Part shown: one piece after another, positions 24,792-37,390 of the stretch
How the letters are laid out: each line of letters starts with the position of its first letter
Position numbering within the stretch: the stretch's first letter is position 1
From: Mobula hypostoma
Lineage: Eukaryota
Direction: 5' to 3'
Assembly (NCBI RefSeq): GCF_963921235.1
Contig: NC_086097.1
Location: 248,622,001-248,686,000, forward strand
Length of the DNA stretch: 64,000 nucleotides
The notes under the pieces: generated by a model
Told to the model about the DNA's origin: nothing
The model's database searches: none
Seen by the model: only the letters and a program-made list of their open reading frames with translations
Made by a program: the position numbers and the translations under genes

Positions 24792-26609
24792 TCACTGCCC
24801 CCATGGTGACCTCGCTGCCCAGAGTCCCTCACACATACAAACACAAAGAAGAGTCCGGAGTAATCTGTTCCTTCGATTAACTTACAGGAGACAGCTCCCT
24901 TGCCCTTTATGTTCAAGCACATAATAAATGAGGTATTTACTTCAAAGGAAGACCTTTGATTCACTGTCTAGTTTTCTGCTGTTCTTCATGAAACATATGG
25001 GGCTTTGCGTCACAGAAGAGGTTAACCTCTCAGGGCACATTGGATAGCAGAGTTACTCACTTCAGATCGTCAACTTACTCTGTGTAGGAGGCCGATTTCA
25101 GTAACCCTCTGCAGATTTTCCCTTGTTTTGCAATACCATAGCTTTCCTCTGCTTTTATCCAGGGGTGGGGGGGGGGGAGGCTGGCAGTTTGTGCTCTGTG
25201 GAGAGAGGAGCTTTTAAAATGAGATTAGCTTTATTTGTCACACATACATGGAAACATGCACTAAAATGCACAACTCACTAACCCTCACCTGTACGTCTTT
25301 GGATAACTTCCCTCACCTCAACACTGAACTGTTCCCACAACCCATCGACTCACTCTCAAGGGCTGTTCATCCCATGCTCTCGATATTCATCGCTGCCTGC
25401 AAGGAATTCGTATGTTCTCCCCGTGACCACATGGGTTTCCTCCGGGTGCTCTGGTTTCCTCCCACATACTGATTGGTAGGTTAATTGGTCATTAGAGGGT
25501 CATGCGGTTGATTCTGGGAATGAAATGGTTAAAGCATGAGGAGTGTATGATGGTTCTGGGCCTGTAGAGTTTAGAATGGGGGGAGATCTCATTGAAACCT
25601 ATCACATATTGAAAGGCCTCGATAGAGTGGCGGTGGAGGGGATGTTTCCTAAATTCATTAAGACACAGCACAGAATAGGCCCTTCTGGCCCTTCGAACCA
25701 CACCACACCACCCAGAAACCCCGGATTTAACCCTCGCCTAATCATGGGACAATTAACCAGTACATCTTTGAGTATATTTAAAGTTGGAGCTGGTAGGTTC
25801 TTGATTAGTCAGGGCATCAAAGGTTACAGGGAGAAGGCAGAAGAATGGGGTTGAAAGGGATAATAAATCAGCCATGATGGAATAGCAGAGCAGATGGGTG
25901 GAGTGACCTAATTTTGCTCCTATGTCCTGTGTTCTCATGCTCTCCTTCTCTCTCCCTCTATTTATTTATTTTGCAGATGTTGGTAACTTTTCAATATCTT
26001 GCACTGTACAGCTGCCACAAACAGCAGATTTCACAACACATGTCTGTGATAATAAACCTGATTCTGATTTGGGTTCTGCAGCTCCACGTGGACAATGCAA
26101 TATCTTTTCTTATTCAGCCCTGGGCTTTGCACTTTGTTAACACATCCAGCTGTAATTGCCTGGAGTACAGATGCTCCAGAGGCTGCAGGTGTGACAGAAT
26201 AACTGTGAGCTAATCTGTTAAACCCCCTGTGTGTAATTACCTTCAGAATGAGCATCCTGTTCTCAGGGCGATAGCAGATGCTGATAATGATGTACTGTAC
26301 ACACTCTCAGTGGCCACTTTACTGGCTGCCTCCTGTACCTGATGAGGTAGCTACTGGGTGTATGTGGTGCTGAAATAGATAGATAGATAGATAGATAGAT
26401 ATACTTTATTGATCCCGAGGGAAACTGGGTTTTGTTCCAGCCGCACCAACCAAGAATAGAGCATAAATATAGCAATACAAAAACCACAAACAATCAAACA
26501 ACAAAATGCAAACTATGCCAGATGGAAAATAAGTCCAGGACTTATAGTCTCTAAAGAGATTCTCGGGAGCCAGGTAGAAAACTGAAAACAGGAGAGCCAG
26601 AGTATAATC

Positions 26610-27212
26610 TCTGGATTGTTGAGGCTCTATAAGGTGCTGGTGAGACCTCACTGTGGGCAGTTTTGGGCTCCTTATTTAAGAAAGGATGTGCTGACGTTGG
26701 AGAGGGTACAGAGAAGATTCACTAGAATGATTCCGGGAATGAGAGGGTTAACATATGAGGAACGTTTGTCCGCCCTTGGACTGTATTCCTTGGAGTTTAG
26801 AAGAATGAGGGGAGACCTCATAGAAACATTTCGAATGTTAAAAGGCATGGACAGAGTGGATTTGGCAAAGTTGTTTCCCATGATGGGGGAGTCTAGTATG
26901 AGAGGGCATGACTTCAGGATTGAAGGGCGCCCATTCAGAACAGAAATGCGAAAAAATTTTTTTAGTCAGAGGGTGGTGAATCTATGGAATTTGTTGCCAC
27001 GGGCAGCAGTGGAGGCCAAGTCATTGGGTGTATTTAAGGCAGAGATTGATAGGTATCTGAGTAGCCAGGGCATCAAAGGTTATGGTGAGAAGGCGGGGGA
27101 GTGGGACTAAATAGGATAAAATGGATCAGCTCATGATAAAATGGCGGAGCAGACTCAATGGGCCGAATGGCCTACTTCTGCTCCTTTGTCTTATGGTCTT
27201 ATGGTCTTATGG
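26610..27212 (+). mobile_element. CR1 LINE 3' end, relatively young
   Basis: ORF 26616-27110 'LYKVLVRPH...LERVQRRFTRMIPGM...FFSQRVVNLWN'; (tcttatgg)n tail. Confidence 0.9.
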
Positions 27213-27214
27213 AG

Positions 27215-27890
27215 TTACACTCGAACACGAGGGGGACCAATATCCTTGTGGGCAGTTTTGCTAGAGCTAATTTGGCAAGGGGTTGGGAACAGGAGTGATA
27301 GGGCTGAGGATGGGACAGTTGGTATACAAGTTGATGCAGTGTGTAGTGAGACTGTGAGGAAGGACAGGCAGATGATAGGACAAAATTGCAGTCAGTGGGG
27401 TGAGTTAAAGTGTATCAGCGGGCCAAAATCAAAAAGGTGATGAATACAGGACTAAAGGTGTTACATTATATTTAAATCCATACAGTGTGTGGAATGAAGT
27501 AGATGACCTTGTCACACAGTTAGAGATTGGCAGGTATGAAGTTGTGGGTATTGTTGAGCTGAGGCTGAAAGAAGATCATAGTTGGGAACTCAACATCTGA
27601 GAATCCACCTTGTATTGAAAGGTCAGACAGGTAGGAAGGCGATGTGGGGTGGCTCCATTGGTAAAAAATGAAATCAAATCCTTGTAAAGAGGTGACATAG
27701 AGGTAGAATAATTGTGGGTAAGAAACTGCAAGGATAAAAAGACCCTGATGGGAGTTATATACAGGCCTCCGAACAGTAGTCGGGATGTGGGCTACAAATT
27801 ACAATGGGAGATAGAAAATGCAAGCCAAAAGGGCAATGTTACAATAGTCATGGGGGATTTCAATATGCAGGTAGATTGGGAAAATCAGGT
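27215..27890 (+). mobile_element. CR1 ORF1 end and APE endonuclease fragment
   Basis: 'MGVIYRPPNS...IVMGDFN' APE motifs. Confidence 0.75.
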
Positions 27891-29224
27891 GTTACAGCTC
27901 TAGTAAGCCTATCCACAGGGATATTTGTCCCCGAGGTTCAGGTGTAACCCGTCCTTTTTGTACAGGTCATACTGTCACCAGAAGAAAGCCCAATGATCTG
28001 GAAATCTGAAGCCCTGTGCCCTGCACGAGTACCTCAGCCGTGCTTTCATCTGCCAAATCATCCTATTCTTATCCTCACTGACACATGGCGCTGCCAGTAA
28101 TCCAGAGATTACTACCCTGGAGGTCCTGCTTTTCAGCTTTCTGCTTAACTCCTTATAAACATAGAACATAGAATAGTACAGCACAGTACAGGCCCTTCAG
28201 CCCACAATGCTGTGCCGACCCTCAAACCCTGGCTCCCATATAAGCCCCCACCTTAAATTCCTCCATATACCTGTCTAGTAGTCTCTTAAACATCACTAGT
28301 GTATCTGCCTCCACCACTGACTCAGGCAGTGCATTCCACGCACCAACCACTCTCTGAGTGAAAAAACTTCCTCTAATATCCCCCTTGAACTTCCCACCCC
28401 TTACCTTAAAGCCATGTCCTCTTGTATTGAGCAGTGGTGCCCTGGGGAAGAGGCGCTGGCTATCCACTTGATCTATTCATCTTATTAACATGTATTATCT
28501 TATATTTCCCTTAGGTCCACAAGCATTGTCAACATTTGAGTTACAATTAAGGACATCATAGTAGCACAATGCTTTACAGTGCCAGCGACCAATGGTTCAA
28601 TTCCCACTGCTGTCCGTAAGGAGTTTGTACGTTCTCCCTGTGACTGTGTGGGTTTCCTCCGGGTGCTCCAGTTTCCTTCCACAGTCCAAAGATGTACCAG
28701 TAGGTAGGTTAAATGTTCATTGTAAATCCCCCGTGATTAGTCTAGGATTAATTCAGGGGATCGCTGGGCAGCGTGGCTCAAAGTGTCGGAAGGGTCTGTT
28801 CCACGCTGTAACTCAATAAATAATCTTTTAAAAAATTTGTGCCTGTTGTTCCAGATTTCCAGCATCTGCAGAAACTCTTGTGTTCTTAAAACTACTCCCC
28901 TGGTTTGGTCAGTCTTCCTATCCTCTCCCACATTGTCGGTTTCTGTCTCTGTGAGATGTCTCGGTAGAGTTTGATTTGTTAATAGTAATGCATAAACACT
29001 CATTTTGCATCGCCATATACAGCCTGTTTGATAGCTGTAGCCAACTTGGTCGATGGGGAAGATGAAACTGTTAAGTGTAGGCTTAACTATTGAAAAGTAA
29101 ATTACCTTAAAACCAATTTTAATAAACAACTGTTTTTGCTCATTTTTTTCCACTGGCAAAGATTTGTTAGCACCAAGGACTAAGAAGCACATTGTAATCC
29201 AACCATCAACGCTGCCCTCACCCA

Positions 29225-30312
29225 CGTCTCTTCGATTTCACGCAGATCTGCCTACCCCAATCCTCCCGCCACCCCACCAGGGATAGAGTTCCTCTAGACC
29301 TCACCTACCACCCCACCAGCCTCCGTGTCGAGCACGTAATTCTCCGCAACTTCCACCATCTCCAACAGGATCCCACCACCAAGCACATCTTTCACTCCTC
29401 CCCACTTTCTGCTTTCCGCTGGGATCGCTCCCTACGTGACTCCCTTGTCCGTTCGTCCCTCCCCACTGATCTCCCTCCTGGCACTTCTCCTTGCAAGCGG
29501 AACAAGTGCGACACCTGCCCCTACGCCTCCTCCCTCACCGCCATTCAGGGCCCTAAACAGACCTTCCAGGTGAGGCAACACTTCACTTCAGAATCCTGTG
29601 ATTCTGATGGGATCATTTACTGCTCCCGGTGTGGCCTCCTGGATATCGGTGAGGCCCAAAGTACATTGGGAGACTGCTTCACCGAGCACCCGTGCTCCAT
29701 CTGCCAGCAAAAGCAGGATCTCCCAGTGGACACCCATTTTAATTCCACTTCCCAGTCCCAGTCCAACTACATGTCAGTTCATGGCCTCCTCTACTGTCAC
29801 AATGAGGTCATACTCAAGTTGGAGGAGCAACACCTTGTATTCCATCTAGGTAGCCTCCAACCTGATGGCATGAACATTGATTTCTCAAACTTCCAGTAAT
29901 GCCCCCCCATCTCCTTCACCGTTCCCCATTCCCAGTTCCCTCTCCCATCTGATCTCCTTCCCTGCCCATCGCCTCTCTCTTGTGCTCCTTCCCCTTTAAT
30001 TTCTTCCATGGCCTTCTGTCCTCTCCTATCAGACTCCCCCTTCTCCAGCCGTGTACTTATTTCACCAATCAACTTCCCAGCTCTTTACTTTGTCCCTCGT
30101 CCCCAGTTTCACCTTTCACCTTGTATTGCTTCCTCTCCTCCCCCACCTTCTAATTCTGACTCCCCACCTTTTTTTTCTCCAGTCCTGATGAAGGGTCTCG
30201 GCCCAAAATGTTGACTACACTCTTTTCCATCGATGCTGTCTGACCTGCTAAAGTTCCTCCAGCATTTTGTGTGTGTTGCTTAGATTTCCAACATCTGCAC
30301 ATTTTCTCTTGC
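29225..30312 (+). mobile_element. Penelope-like element 3' portion: GIY-YIG remnant plus terminal repeat
   Basis: 'GIIYCSRCGLLDIGEAQSTLGDCFTEH...LKLEEQHLVFHLGSLQPDGMNIDF', upstream Cys-rich linker, and a same-strand degenerate HHR at about 30180-30216. Confidence 0.88.
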
Positions 30313-31029
30313 TTTCAACAATGAAGAGCTTTCACAAGGGATTCATTATAATCACGTCAAACAAGGCTGGATGGTGATAAAGGATGTTCAGGGTCTAGGT
30401 CTTGGCTCCCCACTCAAAGGCCAGCGACGTGGACGGGATGAAAGACATCTAGAGTCGATGCTCTGCTGTATGCTCAAGGGCCAGCCGAACGGACAGGTGA
30501 TGAAGGACACCTGTCCCAGGTCGGTCCATATGAACAGGACGCATGAGGGCCTGTGAGTCAAGGCTGGAGTTCAGGGTCCCATCACCGGCAATTTCAGGGA
30601 AGATCAAAACCGGAAGGTCGACCCAAAATCCGGATTGGCAGCACGGTAGCTGAAGCCTGGAGACTGGAAGCCCTATCCTGTAGTTATAGTGTGTGGTGTG
30701 TGTGGCTGGGAGGGAGGAAACAACAGTTGTTTGGCTGTTGTTTGTCGTTTTTGTGTTCTGTACTCCTCCGCCGAGCGTTGTGGGAATGATATGTTGGCAC
30801 TGCAATGTGTGGCAACACTTGCGGGCTGCCTCCAGCACATCCTTCAGTGTGTTGTAATGAACACAAACGGCACAGTTCACTGGACAGGTGACAAGTTGCT
30901 CTGAACCTGCATTTGTTTGCTGTGGGATCCGACGGACAATTTCCACATGTGACGAATAAATCTAAACCTGGATTTGTTTGCGGTGGGATCCGACGGACAA
31001 TTTCCACATGGTTGCAGAAGAGGAAAGTT

Positions 31030-31630
31030 TACTGATGCCGAGCAGCTTGACTCTGTCCGCAGCAGGCAGGATTTCCCGTTTCTCACCTGCCGTTTTAATC
31101 CCACTCCTTACTTCCATTCTGCTATGCCTCCTCCACTGCCACAAAGAGGACACTCTCAGGCTCGAAAAACAACACCTCACATTCCACTTGGGTAGTCTCT
31201 GTCCTGGTGGCATGAACATCAATTTCTCTAACCTCCGATAATTTCTGCCCCCTACCCCTTCTCTCTTTTTCCTTCCCTGTTCTTCTCCTCACCTCTCCTC
31301 CTTCCTTTTCTCCCATGGCATACTCTCCTCTCCTGTCAGATCCCTCCTTCTATAGACCTTTAACTCTTCTATCACCTCCCAGCTTCTCACTTTATCCCAC
31401 CTTCCCCCTCACCTGGTCTCACCCACCCCCCGCCAGCTTGTCCTCCTTCCCCCCCCCCCAACATTCTTATTCTGGCCTCTTCCCCCTCCCCTTCCAGTCC
31501 AGTGAAGGATCTCGGCCTGAAATACTGACCGATTGTTCCTCTCCATAGACGCTGCCTGACCTGCTGAGTTCCTCCAGCATTTTCTGTGTGTTACCCTGGA
31601 TTTCCAGCATCTACAGCATCGCATTTGTTT
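31030..31630 (+). mobile_element. PLE 3' remnant
   Basis: 'LRLEKQHLTFHLGSL.PGGMNINFS', pyrimidine-rich UTR, degenerate HHR at about 31495-31532. Confidence 0.7.
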
Positions 31631-32411
31631 AAAATTCATGATGGGATTTTTTTTCCCAGAAAAGTGATTGTACAACCTTCATCACCAGAGGTATGAAGCA
31701 TCAGAGAAGGAGTAACACTGACACATTCACAGCTGAAATTTCAAACATATTAGGCCAAATTTACGAACAGCGAAGAAGATCCTGTTGCCTTTGCCCTCAG
31801 AGAGAATAAACAAATATTTGTTTAGTCATGTCTTAGTGTAACTTAATTGATGTTTCTTTAATCCAAATACTTCAGGCACAACAATTTACAGAGAAATGCC
31901 TAAAGGGGTCACACATTGCTAGATATGTGGGTAATGAACAAAGATATAAATGGCTGGAACAAAACACAATAATAGCTCCCTACTATTGTTGTCTACTGTG
32001 AACTCGGCAAAGAGCTCCTTTTTATTCGGCACCAAGACATACCATCTCTAATTACCCATAGAGATAACTACAGACTGCGCGGGAATCGGAATATGATGCC
32101 CCCCCACAATGTAGTTACAATCATATTACATAATAAATAGAAGCATCCACCTTAAATACAGTATGCAAACAGTACATACACATTTACACATCCTCATGAC
32201 TAAAGAAATGGAATATTCTGCCAGTATAGCAGGAAAGGCACCTTAAAGCCAACCCAAGCACCTCAGCCCAGCTTTGGACCCAATATAAGAATATACCGGG
32301 GAAGACATTGAAATGCACGTGTGTGAGGAGTGCATTTACCAAGTGCTCTCCCTCACATATATATTTCTCCCCTTTCAATTCTTAAAGATTAAGGTTTAGC
32401 ATCATTTTTTT

Positions 32412-32716
32412 TTAAAAGGCATCCGTTAGTCTTGCGAGACCATGGATCTGCGCCTGGAAAGTCTTCACTCTCCAGGGCGCAGGCCTGGGCAAGGTTGTAT
32501 GGAAGACCAGCAGTTGCCCATGCTGCAAGTCTCCCCTCTCCACGACACCGATGTTGTCCAAGGGAAGGGCACTAGGACCCGTACAGCTTGGCACCAGTGT
32601 CGTCGCAGAGCAATGTGTGATTAAGTGTCTTGCTCAAGTGTGTTGCCTCGGCTGCGGCTCGAACTCACGACCTTCAGGTCACTAGTCCAATGCCTTAACC
32701 ACTTGGCCACGTGCCC
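32412..32716 (-). mobile_element. tRNA-headed SINE (copy at 34963-35267; related head at 41043-41263)
   Basis: Minus-strand head gggcacgtggccaagtggttaaggcattggactagtgacctgaaggtcgtgagttcgag (A and B boxes) followed by a shared non-tRNA body. Confidence 0.8.
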
Positions 32717-33824
32717 ACAGCTTCATTTATCGCATGTACATAGTGAAGTGTGTCGCTGTGACAATGGCCAACACAGTCCGAGTATTGTGCTGGGGGGCTT
32801 ACACAACAAGCTCACGGCTCAGCAACCCTGACCTGGATATCTTTGGACTGTGGGAGGAAACCAGAGCACCTGGAGGAGACCCACGCAGTCTCGGGGAGAA
32901 CGTACAAACTCTTACAGACTGCGGTGCGAATTTCGGTCATCGCTGGCGTTGTAAAGCGTTGCGCTAACTGCTCCGATACCATATCACAAGAACACAGGGA
33001 AATAGGGGCCGGAGAAGGACATCCTGTCCCACCATTCCCTGTGTTCTAGAGGCGGGCGGTGAATTGACACAGATGAGGATTTAAGGCCAGCATAGAGCAT
33101 AGATCGAGTGGAATTTTTCCCAGAGTGTAAGTGGTTAATGTTGGGGGGGGGTCATAATTTTAAGGTGATTGGATGAATATAGCGGGGGGGGGGGTATGTC
33201 AGAGGAAAGTTTTTATTACACAGAGAGCGTGGATCGCCCTGCCAGGGGTGGTGGTAGAGGCAGATACATTAGGGACATTTAAGAAACTCTTTGATAGAAA
33301 AATTGTGTTGGAGGGAAGGGTTAGATTGTATGCTGAAGGGACAGCAATTTGCTATATTATTCTCCGTACTATGTTCTGTGTTATTAATTTATCTTGTTCC
33401 ACCTCAATGCACTGTGTAATGATTTGATCTGCAAGACAAGCTTTTCACTGTATCCCCCTACATGTGACAATAAGAAACAAATTTCTCTTCTTAGTTGTAA
33501 AGCAATACCCAGTGCACAGGGTTACAGAAGCTATGATTTTTTTTTGAAATCTGACCTTATGCAATTCCTCTCATACGTTTAAAGGGGATTTTTCAGGATA
33601 GGAACATTAGTTATAGAAATGCAAACATCATCAGTTATGGACTGAAGTATCAGCTAGTTAATTCACAGGACATCCTCTGCCCTCAAAAAGAAATGCTTAC
33701 TTGCAACCTTCCCACAGTAAACCCAATTGGCTTGAAGTACAGTCTGCCAGTTCACAGCAAGAAGCTACTTTATAAGTTTGCTTTAGAGAAGGGAAGGCAG
33801 GAGATATCACTAAACGTTAGATTT

Positions 33825-34650
33825 AGCTTAGATTAGATTCAACTTTATTGTCATTGTGCCGAGTACGGATACAAAGCCAATGAAATGCAGCTGGCATCTA
33901 ACCAGAAATGCAAAGAATAGTGTTATTTACAAAATAACTGTGAATAAAAAGTAAGTGCTACAGCACACAAATATAAAAGTACTGAGACAGTACAATATGG
34001 GTGCAATACTGCTTAGCGCTGTGATGTGAGGTTCAGCAGGGTCACAGCCTCAGGGAAGAAGCTCTTCTTGTGCCTGCTGGTGTGGGAGCAGAGGCTCCTG
34101 TAGCACCTACCGGATGGGAGGAGAGTGAAAAGTCCATGGTTAGGGTGAGATGCATCCTTGATAATGCTTTTCGCCCTGCCCAGGCAGTGTTTATGGTAGA
34201 TGTTCTCAATGGTGGACAATTGGGTGCCGATAATCCGCTGGGCAGTTTTCACCACACGCTGGAGTGCTTTGCGGTCCGATACATGACAATTGCCATACCA
34301 CACTGAGATGCAGTTGGTGAGTATGCTCTCAATGGTACAGCGGTAAAAGCCCGTCAGTATCCTGGGACAGAGGTGAGCTTTCTTGATGCTCTGCAGGAAA
34401 TAAAGGCACTGTTGCGCCTTTTTGATCAGGATGGAGGAGTTCAGGGACCAGGTGAGACCCTCGGAAAGGTGGACACCAAGGAATTTGAAGCTTGATGCAC
34501 GCTCCAGTACAGCTCTGTTGATGTAGATGGGGATGTGAGTGTGGCTCCTAGCATGCTTGAAGTCCACAATAATCTCCTTGGTCTTCTGGGTGTTAAGGGC
34601 CAGGTTGTTGTCGGCACATTACGCGGCCAGGTGCTGGACCTTGTCCCTGT
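33825..34650 (-). mobile_element. Rex/Babar-like LINE 3' fragment
   Basis: ORF 34013-34567 'SSFKFLGVHLSE...KKAQQCLYFL...FYRCTIESILTNCISVWYG...HPNHGLFTLLPSGR'; (tctaa)n tail. Confidence 0.88.
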
Positions 34651-34962
34651 AGCATGCATTTTCAGAAACAAACTAAACATTGGCCAGCAAAATCAAGACT
34701 CATGATGTGAACGGGAGTAATGTGTTCATCTTATTATAGGAAGAATGGGATTAAATTGGAAGGAGTGCAAAAAATGAAGATTTACAAAGATGTTGCCAAG
34801 ACAAGTTATGGTGAGATGTTAAACAATCAGGGTTTTTACTCTTGGAATATTGGAGAGAGAGTTCAAAGTTCAAAGTAAACTTACATTCAAAGTATGTATA
34901 TGTCACCATATACAACCCTGAGATTCATTTTCTTGCAGGCATTCACACTAGAACAGAGAAAT

Positions 34963-35267
34963 TCATCCGTTAATCTTGCGAGACCATGGATCTGCGCCTG
35001 GAAAGTCTTCACTCTCCAGGGTGCAGGCCTGGGCAAGGTTGTATGGAAGACCAGCAGTTGCCCTTGCTGCAAGTCTCCCCTCTCCACAACACTGATGTTG
35101 TCCAAGGGAAGGACATTAGGACCCATACAGCTTGGCACCAGTGTCGTCGCAGAGCAATGTGTGATTAAGTGCCTTGCTCAAGGACACAACACGATCCCTT
35201 GGCTGGGGCTCGAACTCTTGACCTTCAGGTCGCTAGTCCAATGCCTTAACCACTTGGCCACGTGCCC
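34963..35267 (-). mobile_element. tRNA-headed SINE
   Basis: Near-identical to 32412-32716. Confidence 0.8.
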
Positions 35268-36084
35268 ACGAAATACAACCGAATCAGAATACACACAAGC
35301 AGACTGACAAGCAACCAAAGTGCAAAAGAAGACAAACTGAGCAAATGAGTAAATAAATAATACTATTTATTTATTGAGATACAGTGTGGGAACAGGCCAT
35401 TCTGGCCCTTCGAGCTGTGCTGCCCAGGAATCCCCTAATTTAACCCTTGCCTAATCATGGGGCAATTTACAATGGCCAAATAACCTACCAACTGGTACGT
35501 GGTATGTCTTTGAATGCGGAGGAAACCAGAGCATCTGGAAGAAACCCACCTGGTCACAGGGCGAACGTACAAACTCCTTACAGACAGCGGCAGGAGCTTG
35601 AATTACAGAATCCTTAAATGTGATACTGTGGTTTTGTGGAATCAGTGCTGTGTAGGGGTGAGTGAAGTTACCCGCGCTGGTTCAGGAACCTGATGGTTGA
35701 GGGGTAAGAACTGTTGAAGGGACAAGTACAATCACGGGTTGGGGCCACAGATAGGATGGATAGTCTTTTTTCAGGGTTGGAGTATCAAAAACTAGAGGGC
35801 TTAGATATAAGGATAGAGATGAGAGGTTTAATGAAAGAATTAGCGTTATGGGTCACATGCACGCAGACACATTGAAATGTACAGTGAAATGCTTCTTTGG
35901 CATCAATGACCAATACAATCCAAGGAAGCTTGGAGGCAGCCCTCAAGTGTCTTCATGGTTCTGACTGACATAGTTTGTCCACAACTCATTAAACCCAACC
36001 TCGTACGTCCTTGGAATATGGGAACCGGAGCACCCGGAGGAAACCCACACAGTCATGGGGAGAACGTACAAACTCCATACAGAT

Positions 36085-36555
36085 CATGATCATCATCATC
36101 ATCATGTGCCGTGTCATATGACATCATCATTATGTGCCGTGTCATATGATATCATCATTATGTGCCGTGTCATATGACATCATCGTTATGTGTCTGTGTT
36201 GTATGACATGGGCAGTCATTACCTTTCCATGACCATGATTGTTCTTGGCAAATCTTTCTAAAGAAGTGGTTTGCCATTGCCTTCTTCTGGGCAGTATCTT
36301 TACAAGACAAGTGACCCTGATGATTATCAATACTCTTCAGAGATTGTCTGCCTGGTGTCTGCGGTCACATAACCAGGACTTGTGATATGTACCAGCTACT
36401 TGTACGACCATCCCCCACCTGCTCCCGTGGCTTCATATTACCCTGACTTTGATCGGGGTTGGGGGATGGTACTAAGCAGGGTGCTACACTTTGCCCATGG
36501 ATGACCTGCAGACCAGAGGAGAGAAGGTGTGACGTATCTCCACTCTGCCACCCAC
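36085..36555 (-). mobile_element. SINE-like element with RTE/BovB-type 3' end and tandemly expanded tail
   Basis: 'gaagtggtttgccattgccttc' RTE-type 3' motif; about 4 copies of catcatYatgtgccgtgtcatatga at about 36095-36210. Confidence 0.55.
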
Positions 36556-36879
36556 CTTACAGAGAGTAACAGGAATTGAATTGTATTCGCTGGCACTGTA
36601 AAGTGATACACCTTCTCTATCATTACTGTGCCACCGCGCTAAAAACCCAAGGGTGACAATTTTGCTCGGCAGGTATATGGAACCAGCTGCCAGAGGAAGT
36701 GTTGAGGCAGGTACATTAGATACATGTAAGAAGGATGTGGATAGGAACGTGGATGACAATAGAGGGATATGGGACAGGAGCTTGGAAATGGGATTAGTTT
36801 GAATGTACATCTTGGCTTGCATGGACAAGTGTGGGCTGAAGGGCAGTAGATCTTGAAATCTGACACTGCCCACACTTGT

Positions 36880-37390
36880 AGAATGGTGGTTGTCCATCAT
36901 GTCTGACGATGACAGGGAAGAGTCTGCACAGGAACGTTTTTAAAATGGAAAGTCGTCGCACTGGGGCAGTTCCATTCTCTCGATCTCAGAAGTCCGAGTT
37001 CACTGGTACGAACAAGTGGCACAAACTGGGGCTGCAGTGGATGACCATGATGCCCTCTGTGCTTTGCCGTGCCCTTCACTCTCCGTGGGAGCATTGCAGT
37101 ACCACCTTCCCGGCCACTGGATCACCCGTCCAGCCTGCCAGGGCTGACTGCGCATGCTAGGACAGGCATGTCCCTATCTCACTGGGGTATGAGACTCACC
37201 AGCTACTTTCAGCTGGGTTAGCCCGCCTGTCAAAGTGGTGTATGTACCGGGGTGTGGCCACTGTGACATGCGAACAGCTACTTGGAGCCACAGGCGGGAG
37301 CTGAGTGTCCAGCGGGGACCAAAGGAGAGTGAGCTGCTCCGGAGTGGACACGACAAGCCCCCTCACCAGAGGTGCTACCCCTCCCTGGAT
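36880..37390 (-). repeat. Unclassified, probably non-LTR-derived repeat (homolog at about 61140-61622, + strand)
   Basis: Reverse-complement similarity with 61140-61622, e.g. 'gacactcagctc', 'gggaca.gcctgtcctagca.gcgcagtc' and 'ggtactgcaa.gctcc'. Confidence 0.65.

Noticed and set aside
32660..32716. tRNA gene-like sequence on the minus strand (also at about 35210-35267 and 9701-9775)
   Set aside because: These are SINE heads attached to shared non-tRNA bodies, with no complete cloverleaf evident.
34013..34567. 184-aa ORF resembling the DUF1891/ALKBH8 N-terminal domain as a host gene
   Set aside because: Many decayed copies in the window and a LINE tail show it is retroelement RT C-terminal sequence.
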